A stretch of DNA of 63,955 nt from Geosiphon pyriformis uo1 (GCA_016748015.1 JAAOMT010000512.1:248046-312000); one strand, 5' to 3'. Counted from the first letter of the stretch, positions 11,734-25,445 are shown. Numbers and translations: made by a program. Notes: generated by a model from the letters alone, not told the origin.

Positions 11734-11752
11734 AACCTCACAGGGAGCACCA
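11734..11752 (-). promoter_or_regulatory. primer-binding site of element B, tRNA-Ile(UAU)-like
   Basis: TGGTGCTCCCTGTGAGGTT lies 6 nt inside the LTR. It resembles the complement of eukaryotic tRNA-Ile(UAU) 3' ends (..CUCAC..GGAGCACCA), recalled from memory. Confidence 0.7.
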
Positions 11753-11758
11753 CTTTTA

Positions 11759-12781
11759 TGTTATGGGTTAGAGTAACAAGCTAATGGATAGCAAGGAAGA
11801 ACAGTATTGTATGGTGATGGAAATAAACAAAGAAGGAATTACAATAAGGAAGCAAATTGAATAAGTAGGAATTCAATGTGCATGATCAGTCTCATAAAAA
11901 TCACAGTCACTAATCTTTTCTTAAATCTGAAGGTAGAGGAATAGTCCATAATTGTCAACAAGATAACACTGCTGCTATTATTCTATGCCTCAACTTGGCG
12001 ATTCTTAGAATCAATAACAGGTATTGTTGTGTTTTTCAATCGTTTCTTTATTCAATGAATTACAAGAGCAAGCCAATTGCTTCTCAGACTAATTCTAACA
12101 AATACAAATCAAGAAGGGGAAAAGATAAGGTATGTGAANNNNNNNNNNNNNNNNNNNNCAATGTGCATGATCAGTCTCATAAAAATCACAGTCACTAATC
12201 TTTTCTTAAATCTGAAGGTAGAGGAATAGTCCATAATTGTCAACAAGATAACACTGCTGCTATTATTCTATGCCTCAACTTGGCGATTCTTAGAATCAAT
12301 AACAGGTATTGTTGTGTTTTTCAATCGTTTCTTTATTCAATGAATTACAAGAGCAAGCCAATTGCTTCTCAGACTAATTCTAACAAATACAAATCAAGAA
12401 GGGGAAAAGATAAGGTATGTGAATGCCAACAAGTAGATACTTGAAGGTAAGAAAAGGGGAATAAGCAATTATAAGAGGAAGTAATTAATATTGTTTATTT
12501 CGTTATTTTAATCATGTCATTCTATAGTTAAGGAAATCATCGCTTATATAGCTGTCTAAAGTGGTCAATGACCAGGTCAACAATCAGATCAATGATCAGG
12601 TCAATGATCAGATCAATGATCAGATTATTGATCAGATCAATAATCAGGTCAATAATCAGATCAACGGTCAGGTCATTGATCAGGTCAACAATCACTATCT
12701 AAAAATAGGGTGGCTAATTATATGACATCAGTAGCTAATACATGTGATAATTAATAAAAACTATGTGTTTCAACCGTAACA
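11759..12781 (-). repeat. 5' LTR of element B (true length ~740 bp after removing the assembly duplication)
   Basis: TGTTATGGGTT...AACCGTAACA ends. Contains the 20-N gap and an 11 x 12-bp array at 12563-12694. Confidence 0.9.
11874..12423. other. assembly gap (20 N at 12139-12158) flanked by an identical 265-bp duplication; probable unmerged contig overlap
   Basis: 11874-12138 equals 12159-12423 as far as read by eye, whereas true LTR copies differ by many transitions. Confidence 0.85.
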
Positions 12782-15700
12782 ATACCTAATGAGTTGTGGA
12801 AACAATGTGGTGATAATGTGATGGTTTGTCTTTTGAATTTGTTGAATTCCTGTCTGAGAACTGATAATGTTCCTGTTTCTTGGAAGAGAACATGAGTTTT
12901 TATGATCCCCAAACCTTATGACTGGGATAGAATTCTAATTAATACCAGACTGATTGCACTGATTGAAACACAAAAAAAATTTTGTTCAAGGTTTTATCAA
13001 ATTGCATCTTGTTTATATGTAGCAAGTTTGGCATTTTGCATGAAAACAATTTCTTGGTCTTGAGAGACATCTCAACTTAGTCTCCTATTTTTGTAGAAGA
13101 TACTTTGGAAAAGAGTAGAGAAATTTGGTTGGTTTTATAGAATATGCAAAAAGTATATAATTTGGTTAGTTGGCATTATCTGAAGTCCAGTTTGAAGCAC
13201 ATTAAGATGTGTGGCAAATTTATTGGGTTTTTTGGCAATATTCACATAAATAGGGTTAATAGAATTATAATTGACTTTGGTTTTTCAGATGGATATGTGG
13301 TTCATAACAAATTGGACTAGAGTAAGATCTTTTCTTCACTTTTTTGGAAGATTTTTTACAACTCTTTGTTGTGTGAGGTCAAAAGGCAGGAACAATTATG
13401 TAATTATAGAATCAATTCAAATTTTGTGGCAAAATTCAGCAGAGTTAAGTCTAGTAATAGTAAGTCTTCATTCTTTGTAACAGGTGTATTTGTTGATGAT
13501 ACAATTTAAGTAGAGAATGGTTAGGCTTCTACACAATATATTTTGGATATTGCAAGTGAATTCTTTGAGCTTAATAACATTTCTATAAACAATGACAAAA
13601 CTGTGACCATTTTTATTAATCCAAGAGTGGCAAATGTGTCTTTGTTTATTAGTGGTAAGCCCATTTTTATAGCAAAAAATCATGAATCTCATAGATATTT
13701 GGGTATTTTTTTGTTAACAGAGGGTCTGTCCAAGCCAAGTTTTTTCAAGACTCATGTAGATGTTAAATTTTTTTTGAATATGGTCTTTAAAAAAGTGATA
13801 TCTAATAAGCAGTTCTCTTATTTGGTTTCAATAGTCCTCTAGCCTATTATCTATTATCATACACAATTCAGTTTTGTTGCCAAGAGTGTATGCTAAAAGT
13901 GGAATGTTTTAATTAGAAAGGGTCTTAGGTCTAAGACTTTGTTGCTGAAGGACTTTTTCAATAAAATCTTGCACCATTCATCTCTGTATAGTCTGAAGTC
14001 ATTTGAGCAGATACAAACTGAATTTAAAATTGTCTCAGTGATTGGTTCTCTAATGTGTCTGGAATTTTTGGCTGTTTGTTCAAACACTATGCTATAGATT
14101 TACAGATTTTGGGATAGGCACTTCTTAATCCTCTGTGCTATTTAGTCAAATTGAAAGTATGTCCTTTAAATAACTTTTTAGCAGGAGTTGTGAGGATCTT
14201 TATTGATATAAATGTTTCTTTATTCAATTATATGCCTTGTGTATTCCATGGTTCTGGCCATTTTTTTATGTCTAAAATTCTTGAAATTGCCAATTATTTT
14301 GATATAATGTATTCTTTGAAGCATTTTGGTGTTGCCTTTAGAGATGTTTTGATTATTAAGTGTGATCATGTTATGAATTAAAAAACCTTTTGGTGTTGAA
14401 AAAAGTTGAGTCTTAGGGGTCCAGTGTCATTTTGGTTTACTAAGGCCTTTGTGCATATGAATAATTGTTTGGCATGACCTGGGGTGTGTAAAGCTGTTGT
14501 AGACCATTCTAATTTTTTATGTTTGAGTAATTATTTGTGTGTTTATAAATATTTGCATGAAGTCTGGGCCAGTGAGCTAAACATATATATTGATGACTCA
14601 TTGAGTAGTTTGGATATAAGAGATGTAGCTTGTGGGGTGGCAGCTTTTTTTTCTGAGTGTGGACATTAGAGTTCAGAGTTTGTTATCCTCCACTTTGGTA
14701 AAACTACAGACAATTGTCTTGGCATTGGAGTGTATTCCTTTATCTTGTTCTATTGTGCTTTACTCAGATAGCCAAGCAGCTTTGAATGCTTGTGTGCTGG
14801 AAAGTGATTTGTGCCAGCCTGACTTTTGGAATAATTGCTGAGTGAAAAGGCATCATATTGCTAATTTGATCAAATTGAAAGACATTTTAGTAAGGTGAGT
14901 TAAGATAAAGAGGCATTTAAGTATTGTGGGCAATAATTATACAGATGTTTTCACTCACACTGTGGTGCATTTGGTTTTTCCAGCTAGTGTTTCTAATAAG
15001 TTTCTTGTGGCAGATGGTCTCATCATCTTTAGTAATACTTGTCATTTTATTCATAATATCTATTGTACTGTGAACTGGACTTTATGGGAGGCTGGGTCTG
15101 GTGTTAATGTATTGAATGGTTTGAATATCCAGTGTGTTGACTGGGAGTATACTGCTTTTGTTTGGCATCTTGACTTTTATATGTTAACAGAGTTTATTAG
15201 TAAAAAGTCAGCAGCCTTACATACTTATCTAATGAAAACTGTACACAGGAGGTTGCCAGTAGTCATCTATAAAAGACTATATGACAAGTGCTACCCAAGT
15301 GTTTTGTGCCTAATGTGTGGTGATGTTGAATTCTCTGACCATGCTTTTACATATTTTGTAAATACAGTAGTGCATTCTGAGGTTGTTTCTAGTCACATTG
15401 ACTTATGGAAGTCTTTAATGGACAATTGTCTTCTGGTTTCGTCTTTAGTGCTTTTTATTTTCACAGAAGCCTCAGATGGCATTGTGTACACCAAGTTGTA
15501 CAAAGATTTTGTTTTCATAGATTGAATTAAGGAAGCTATTTCTGTTTTTGGAGACAGAAAAAAGACCATTGTTACCAGTGAAATTTTAGCTATTAATTAG
15601 CATAAAATTATCTTTATAATTCCTATTATTAATTAGCATATTATTATCATTTTGATTATCACTTATTAAATTAGCCAAATTATCAAATACTATTACTCAA

Positions 15701-16966
15701 TCAATAATCTGATTTGTACTTTAGAAATTAAGATGATCAAATTACACAATACCCTGAACCATTTAACATAGTCAAAATTTGCCGAAATTAATGAAAATTC
15801 ACCGAAATAATCAATAGTTCAGTGAAATAACTTGTAAATTCACCAAAATATATCTTTAGTTTACCCAAATTGTAGCAAAGAGAAAAGTACAAGTTCAAAA
15901 ACTAGTATTATAACAAGTTGTATAAAAGAAGAGCTTTTCTCTTCAAGAAATATATTCTTCCCATATCTTACCATAGTATCTTACTTTAGATATCTTAATT
16001 GAAACAAATCACTTTTTTTACAAAATCAAATAAAAATTAAATATTCGAAAACCAAATCCTCAAAATTATTATACTTGAAATTCTCTCAAACACAACTAAC
16101 GTTTTGAAATTGATTAGCTACCAATTTCAATAAGCTGTTAGTAACTCTAGGCCTGGATAGAAAACGTTTCTCTTGACAAAATTCTATTTCTTTTACATTT
16201 CTTTTATTTTATTTTATTTTTCTTATTATAATTATTAGGGTAGTCTACAGACAAGATTTCTGTAGAAGAGTTAACTTTCACAGCAAAGTAACTACACATT
16301 TTTAGTGAGCTTTCAGATGAACAATTCTTGGGAAAAAGTTGACATTTACTACAACATAACTATACAAAGTAACTGGCACAGAATTGGCCATTCTACTTAT
16401 AAGCCCAATAGTTCAAATTATAGGAAATAATTTGAAGATAAATTCAGTTACTGGAGGTTTAGCTACTTCTAGAAAATGTGAATTTGCAACCAACAGACAT
16501 TTACAACATTCAAGAAAAGAGACCAAAAACCTTCAGTAACACCATGCCAATTGTCATTGATTTTGTTTACTATTTGGCCAAGAACTATTATAATAGAACA
16601 TAGTTATTAAGATTTAAATTTCAAGTTGTTATAGAAAAAAGTGGTTTGGTTTGTGATACAAGTGGGGTCTTTGCTCTTTTACATAGTTTGCCCAATCTGC
16701 TGTCTGAAAATGTGGTTCACATGTTTGGTGTTATTAAGTCATTAGCTGTTAGTTTTGGTTTTAGAAAACAGAGTTTGTTTTTTCAGGCTTGGATAATAGT
16801 AATAGAGTTTTTGTAAGTGTATAGTGCTGCTTTAATAGGCCTGAGTGGCTAATTACATATAAAAAGTGCATGAGCCACATTTAGTTTAATTCATTTTGCT
16901 TTGTTTCTATATACTAGATAGTAGTTAGACTGCACTCATAAAATTGTAAAATTGTAAAAAAAAAAA
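12782..16966 (+). mobile_element. non-LTR retrotransposon (LINE) copy 1, 3' half of ORF2 (RT, RNase H, CCHC) with poly(A); the 5' half is displaced by element B
   Basis: Starts mid-ORF at IPNELWKQC. Motifs MIPKPYDW..NTRLIAL, FVDDT, RYLGIFL, RNase H (IYIDDS..SDSQAAL..VKIKRH..GN) and CLMCGDVEFSDH. A-tail at 16956-16966. Homologous to the copies at 48.6-56.4 kb and 57-63.8 kb. Confidence 0.9.
15570..16541 (+). mobile_element. solo LTR of the element A family inside LINE copy 1, 4-bp TSD CCAT
   Basis: gaCCAT|TGTTACCAG...CAGTAACA|CCATgc. Removing it restores the LINE frame KKTMPIVID. Confidence 0.93.
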
Positions 16967-16969
16967 GTT

Positions 16970-19600
16970 TTTTTAATATAAATTATATATGATAAAAAAA
17001 TTGTTTTTATTAATAATAAATTTTAAAAAAATTATTAATTTTTTAAAGTTTTAAAAAACAATTAAATTAATATTTATTTTTAAATCAAACTTAGTTATAA
17101 AAAAAATTTTTTTTTTCTAATTTTATGATTATAACTATAATAAAGAGTAAAAAAGTTTGAAATTTTTTTTTTTATAATAACTAATAAAGTTTTAACAAAA
17201 AAAAATTTTATTATTATTAAAACAGTTAAATAATATATTCTAATAATGTTTTTTTTAAATATTAAAAAAAAAATTGTTTTTAACAGTTTTAAAACATTTT
17301 TTTTACTTTTAACTAATAATTTTTTTTAGTTAAAGTTTCTTTTAAAAAACACACATAAATTAATTTTAGTATTGTTTTTACTTTTTTTAAAAATTCTAAA
17401 ATTTTTAATAGCAAATTAATTATCAAGTTGGTTATTATTATTATTATTATTATTATTACTTTACAAATAATTAAAAAAACCAAAAACTTTAAAAAACAGC
17501 AATAATTATTTGTATTTACTATTATTATATTGACTTTTTTTGTAGTTTTTAATAAGATCTTAAATAAAATTTTTTTAGCAATAATTAGTTTTCTTTTTAA
17601 TATAAATAATAACAACAATAATATGTTTTTTAAAATAAACCAAAATTAAATATTGATTATATTGCTAAATATAATGTTTTTTAATAGATTTTTACTAATT
17701 TTAAAAACAAAACAACTTATTAAGTTACTTAATTTTAAAAATTGGGCTAATTAAATAAAAATTAAGTTAATATTTTGTTTTTTGTTTTTTAATGTTGTCT
17801 TTAGTAGTATTTAAAAAACAATTTTTAATTGTTAAAGATTTTTTAAATAGCTTTTATTTTAATGTTTAATATTATATTTAAGATTAAATTAATCTTGATT
17901 AGTTTTTTATTTAAGTTATTATCTGATTTTATTGAATTTAAATCAATTTTTAAAAATAATATTAAGTTGTTTGTATAGATTTTACTTCCAAGTTTTTTTT
18001 AATTGTTGTTATTAATATTGTTATTAATAATTTTTTTTTTTAATTATTACTTAAGATTGCAAAATTTTTTGTAATAATTTTTGGTTTTTTTTTCTATTTT
18101 TGTTGTACTTTATAATATTTTTTTTAACATATTTTTTAATAATATTAAAAATACTTTTGGTGTTTTTATTGTTATTATTTTTGCTAAATTAAAGTTTACA
18201 AATTTATAATAATATGTAATTATTATTTTTGTTTATTAATTTATGTTAATAAAAAAACAGTATTAGAATTTTTTTTTTAGTTGTATTGTTTTTAAAATCA
18301 GTAATCTGATTTTTTAAGTTAATAGTCATATTTATTTTTTATTTTTTTAATTCTTATTATTATTAATGTTTTTTATTATAATATTTATGTCTTACAAATT
18401 TTTAGATTTTGTTATTATAAAAACTAGTATTTTATATAAGTATTATATTTAATAAAAAATTCTAAGTATTATTATTATTACAAATATCAAAGCTTGAATT
18501 ATTTGTTTATAGACTATAAAGTATTTTTTTTTCTTAAATTATCTGTTAAGTTTTTTATATCATCTTTTATTAATAATAAATTTTATGCTGAGATTTTTAT
18601 TCTTTTGGCTTTTTTTTGTTGTTTTTGTAATTATTTTTGCTGTTAAATTTGTGTTTAATTTAAAATTGAATTTTTTGAAATTTCAAATCTTAAATTTGGT
18701 TTTTTTGATTAAGTTTATAATTAAACTTATTAGTTTATTAATTATATAATTTATTATACTTTTAAATATATATATATATAACTTAAGAGTTTGATTGTAA
18801 TTGTTTAAAATAAAGTATTTGTTTTTGGTAAAACATTAAACAAAATTAATGCTAAAATAATTAAAATTAAATCTAAATATAATATTAAAATTAATTTAAT
18901 AAATAATATTGATTATGTATTAAGTAAAAACATTTATACTTAGTTAATAATTTTTTAAAAGCATTAATTTTTTGAGATTAAAAAATATTTGAATAAAATT
19001 GTTAAGTAATTAAGTAATTTAGTTATAAATAGTAATTCTTTAATTATAGTTATACAAAAAATAATTCTTAAAAATAAGTTTTTTTTTATAAATTCAAAAT
19101 AGTTTAGTTTAAACTGAACTTATATTTAATTATATATAAAAAATATATGAATTAAACTTAATTTAAAACATTTAGATTATCATATTGTATTAAGTTTTGA
19201 TTAAATTTATATATTAATTAAAAAAAAATCATAAAAAATTTTAATTATATAAAAAACTTAATTTTAAATATATAAATACTTATTTAGATTAAAAAAAAAT
19301 CATTAAAAAAATTATTTTTGAATTTAATAAAATTAGCAAAAAACTATAATAAAGTTTATTAAATTTAATATAAACTAATTATATTATTTTTATTTAATTT
19401 ATTTTAATTAAAAATAAAATTATATGTATTATTAAAATTAATATAAACAATTTTTTTTGGATTAAAAAAAATATTGTGTATTATTTTATATTTTATTAAT
19501 AAACAATATTTATAATTTTAAAAATATATTAGAATTTATAAATAAAAATCCAATAATTTATACAAAATATTAATGTGTAATAATTTGTTTTAAATTGAAA
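16970..19600 (+). mobile_element. extremely AT-rich block, probable heavily mutated relic of a LINE ORF1-type element
   Basis: Residual coding pattern (FKIKLILISFLFKLLSDFIEFKSI..). Shared motif with 48210-48255 (-): KFFISSFINNKFYAE versus KIFEFCFINTKFYVK. Confidence 0.5.
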
Positions 19601-19604
19601 ACAC

Positions 19605-19760
19605 TATTATTATTAAGTTATTAATTAGCATTAAATTTATCTTTATAATTTTATTATCAATTAACATATAATTTTATTTTTATTACTATTATTTAATTAA
19701 ATTATCAAATAACTCAATTTATGTAATACACAAGCAATAATTAGATTATACAAATTTAAT
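19605..19760 (+). repeat. degenerate fragment of LTR-A U3
   Basis: taagttattaattagcattaaatttatctttataatt aligns with tagctattaattagcataaaattatctttataatt at ~15587. Confidence 0.7.
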
Positions 19761-20115
19761 TAAACAATTTTCACGTGACATATTATAAAGAATATTTGAA
19801 AAAACAAATTTTACTAATTAAATTTATTGTAAAATATTATTTAATATATAATATTTGGAAAATGAAAATAGCTTTAATCTAAAAGGGAGTCAACTATACT
19901 TACCTTTTTAATCGAAACGGAAAAAGGACAAAAAGGTCCATTTTTAAGGGCATTACTAAGCAAAAATATTACTATATAAAAGATGTAAGAGATCTCAAGA
20001 TTTTCTTTCACAGACTTTCAAATCTAAAATTTCATCGTTTTTGATCATTGAAGAGCCTTAATCAATCCTTTTAATAATACCCTAATTCTTCAATTCCAAG
20101 GATATCAAAATCAAG

Positions 20116-21469
<1,354 letters not shown>

Positions 21470-22045
21470 GGAAATCAAGTCACATTGTGGTCATGGTCAT
21501 AACTTTCATCTTGATAATAGTAGTTTGAACAAAAATATATTAATAGTTTGTCAACTTTAAATTTTCTCAGCGAAGATTTACCTCTATGTTTTATGGGAAA
21601 TTTTGGTTCGTTTCAATCCCAGATGTTTGGATAAATTTGGTAGCAACAATAACTATCAACGATTGAGTGTTTTAATGAAATTCATTTGTTTGTTTCCAAT
21701 ACTCGAAATTTCGACCCAACATCTTGTTTTATTTCAACCCGTCAGAAAGTATGCAGTTTCAGAATTCAGAGTATTTAATTTCTTCTAAATTATCAAATGT
21801 CAGTATCGAACTCTACTACATTTTCGAGAAAATTGTGAAACCCATCGCCAAATAAAAATAATAATTTGAAGTGCCCGACGCTAAGCATTTTTTGGTAGGT
21901 CAAGATAATACGTGAAACGAGAGATTTAAGATACCAAATTATTTTATAATCAGTTTTAGGGTTTTCCACATTGTTATACTACAAATAATTTAAGACCATT
22001 AAAGGCGAATTTTTTACTACATTGGCCACTAAACTGTCTTAAGCT

Positions 22046-22548
22046 TTAGTTGATAATATGGATTTCTTCATTTTCGCTTTCAATTGTTGAAATAATTTCA
22101 GTCAATTCCTTTCTCATAGAATCAATTTGAACACCCAGGATGACTAGTTTCTCAGGGTATTTGAGCAGCTGCTTAGTAACTCCAATAAATCTCGTACAAT
22201 GATCATAGTTTGAATTAAGTTGTTCTTTGAGCGAAAAAGAGGATTCTGTAGAATTAACATTGGTTGTTGTGTCCAATGATTCAATATTGGCTTCCTCTTT
22301 GAAATGGTACGGAAAGGGACAAATATAAGCTTCTTTAAAAATCAGCCTGAAGAAATAAATTTCAATGATTTAATACCTTTTAAATTTTCTTTTTTCTTTT
22401 CATCCACAATTTCAAAAATGTTAAATTTTTCGTCTTTGTCGGGGGGTTTCGAATCATAATAGGTTTGTAAATTAGCAAGATCAGCCAGAATCTGGTTGAA
22501 TGTAATTTGTGAGGGCGCGGTTGGTGAGTTTGATCTTTGTTTGAACAT
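22046..22548 (-). CDS. small hypothetical coiled-coil protein (two exons joined by a ~44-nt GT-AG intron)
   Basis: ORFs 22342-22569 and 22046-22276 join in frame via gtattaaatc...tttaaag, giving ENLK|EAYICPFP. Confidence 0.55.
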
Positions 22549-23031
22549 TTTTCTTGGTTTCCTAAGCAAAAGTTGTAATAAGTGGGTTGATGATTTCTAT
22601 TTCCTGTAAGTTGTCTTACCTGTTAAAAATCCGATTTTTTATCTATTGCTTCATGACTCAGAGTCGTTAATTTTTTATTTATATAATATTTCAGTAGATC
22701 AAACGCGTCTTTTTTCCTGAAATTTAATTGGCCAAAGTGTTGGCATTTTTCGCAAATCAAAATAAAAAGCTCCAATTAGTTTCTAAATGAGATAATAATG
22801 CGGCAAAAACCTTGATTTCTCAAAACTTGTTTGAGGATCAGATATGTTTGTTAGTCACTTGTGGCAGATTTTGATTGGCCAGAGCTTCCATTGTAGATGT
22901 TCAAGCCACAAATTTTTTGAAACTTGCTTCGCCTACATGTGAAGGCTTTGTTTTTCTACCGCGCTGTATGTTTGCGTAAAAAAGAACGACTAAACACTTC
23001 AAGTCTTAAAACCCTCTCAACTCTCTCATAA

Positions 23032-25445
23032 ATGATGTTTTTTCTCTATCGGGCAATTATCATTTTGCTACTATTAAAGTCCGCTCGTACTCAGTCGGAT
23101 AGCGTTTTACTACCGAAGCGACATGACTACAAGCACACTTTTAAGAAACCATATACTTATAACGGGACAATACCTTTTTTCGACACATATGGAAGTGAGT
23201 CTTGCTCTCATGCTTCATCAAACTTTAGTACCTTCCTTCCACATTATTTCATGATCCTTCAAAGTTAAAACATAAAGGGTGGATCATTTACCTATAGTCG
23301 TCTTTGATACTTTCCCTAGTCTATAATAGAAATACGAACACCGCACACATGAAAATTATATCATTCTAAAATTAATCAAATCAACCGGCTTTAGGCGGGA
23401 AAATGACATGTGTTTAGATATTTTTTTAATCAATCGCTTGTCACATACTTGTTGTTTCTAGACACCTTGCTCTCAGAAGAGCTCATTCGGTTAGCACCAA
23501 GTGTACCTCATCATTCTGGATCAATTTGGGCACAACTACCCAACGATTTCAAAGAATGGGAAGTAGAAATATCTTTTAGAATTTCGGGTAACTATTACGT
23601 TGGTGGCCGTGGGGTCGCGTTTTGGTATACAAAGGAGCGTGGTCAGGCTGGACCAGTGCTCGGAAGCAAAGATCAATGGCATGGTCTGGGAATATTTTTT
23701 GAGACTGCCGACATATCTCGAAATGTGAGCAATAAATGAGAGATTTTAAAATTTGGTTGAAATTAATTTCTTTGTTAAACAAATTCTTTTGGGTACAGCG
23801 CTTACATCCGGTCATAATGGGGCACCTCAACGATGGAACTACCGTTTACCAAAATCTAACAGAACCTGAAAAAAGCTCTTTAGCTGGTTGTTATCGGCAG
23901 TTTCGTAATTCTCCATCTCCCACCTTTGTGAAAATAACTCACATTAACAACAAAATTAAGGTTTGTGATAATAAATTAACTTTCTTTAATGACATTATTC
24001 TCGCTCAATCTTTCCTTCACAGGTTGCCGTAGATGCAAATAATCATGGACAACATTATATTACATGTTTTGAATCCAATGATATTAAAATACCAACGGGA
24101 TATTTTTTCGGGTTATCTGTGAGTTGAATTATAATTATATTGATTTATAAACTTTAAAAAGACCTGGTATAATAATAAAACTTTTGTGGCTTTTCTGTAG
24201 GCATCAGCCGAAGGTGAAACGCCAGGTAGCTAAGTTTAGCTGTTTTGTTGATGACTTGATTGTCGTAATTTTAACAGAAGGGATTAACACGGCTTTATTT
24301 AAGACGATCACGATATATTGTCTTTTGAATTGTACGAAATTAATCCTGCAGAAAAAAAGGAGGTAAGAAAACTTAGGTTTCTGGCTCCCCATACTTTATA
24401 TAATTAGGGACATTTCACATTTTGCATATAAACAGCGACCCTTGCGTCCCCATGAGAAAGAAAAAGCCAAAGAACAACCTGCTGATACTTATGAGATTCC
24501 TGAAGATGTTAAGAAGGTAAAGCTTTTAGAGAGAAGGCTTAAAATGGAATCCCAAACTATTAACTAACCTTTCAAACTTATAGCGTATTGAAGAAGTTTC
24601 CAAAGTTGTCAACCATCCAAACGAAGAACATAAAAAGGAAGAGGATACAGTCCGTATAAAGTTTGGATGCTATAAAATTTGAATTTCCTTAATAAGCATA
24701 ACTCATTTTTAATGCTTTATTTCGTTTTTTTTTGCTTGCTTTAGAGAAGCCTAGATTTTGTAAAAGGAATGCAAACTCAAATTCTTGAAACTCTTGAAAT
24801 GCTGAATGATCGGATTGATCATCTTGGTGGTACCATAAAGGCAGGACAAGGGTCGGGTCCAAATTTCCCTCATAGTGGAGATCTACCCATCAAAAATGAA
24901 CAATTATCAATAATAAAGTAAGTTATTTTTCATGCAAATTTTTTCATTGTATCTCAGATTTTTTATTCGAAAATTAGCATTTTAATATTTTGGCCTGTAC
25001 ATCGTGGTACCTATGAATTGAAGCCAAAAATTGGATAGGATCATGTCCGGCCTAGGTACTCTTGAAGGGCGTATAATTCATCTTGGAAATATTGGAGGTG
25101 GTGGTGGTGGTGGTGGCGGTGATCAACTGGGTCAACAATTTAGAGAAGAATTAGGACGAATTTCACATAAGCTCGATGCCCTTGATGTAAGTGTGAATCT
25201 CTATTTTTAAACCACCTTGAAACTGAAATATCTGATATTTTCTTCTACACAAGTCTCGGGTAACTGGCCAGCATTATCAGACTCAAAAAACAATAATGGA
25301 TGCTACTACGAATCAGCAGGCAGTTGAATCAAAGACCTCGACATGGATGTGGACTATGTACTTGTTTCTAACATCACTGGTACTGGGATGTGGTTATGTG
25401 ATATACCAGACACGTGTTGAAATCAACCAAAAAAAATTCATTTAA
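23032..25445 (+). CDS. EMP47: L-type lectin ER-Golgi cargo receptor (ERGIC-53/VIP36/Emp47 family)
   Basis: Signal peptide, HTFKKPY, IRLAPS..GSIW, WEVEISFRISG..GGRGVAFWY, GLGIFF, GYFFGLS|ASA, DDHDILS, coiled-coil stalk, C-terminal TM helix and KKFI* di-lysine motif. Confidence 0.9.

Larger units (their letters stand above)
4965..12781 (-). mobile_element. Ty3/gypsy LTR retrotransposon 'B' (non-chromoviral; 3' LTR interrupted by element A)
   Basis: LTR copies at 11759-12781 and 4965-5432, PBS and PPT. Domains in Ty3/gypsy order: gag with CYHCGLTGHFSRDC knuckle, protease LILDSGSS, RT YLDD, RNase H (FILHTDVSGYGLGAV), integrase HHCC + DDE + GPY/F-like (RWKGLF). Confidence 0.95.

Noticed and set aside
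11874-12423. 265-bp direct repeat inside LTR-B
   Set aside because: Identical copies flank a 20-N gap, so it is an assembly overlap artefact rather than biology.
17313-17618. I/K/L/F/N-rich ORFs in AT-rich blocks (also 47751-47945, 48072-48278, 40764-40991)
   Set aside because: Compositional artefacts of decayed repeats or a microsatellite.
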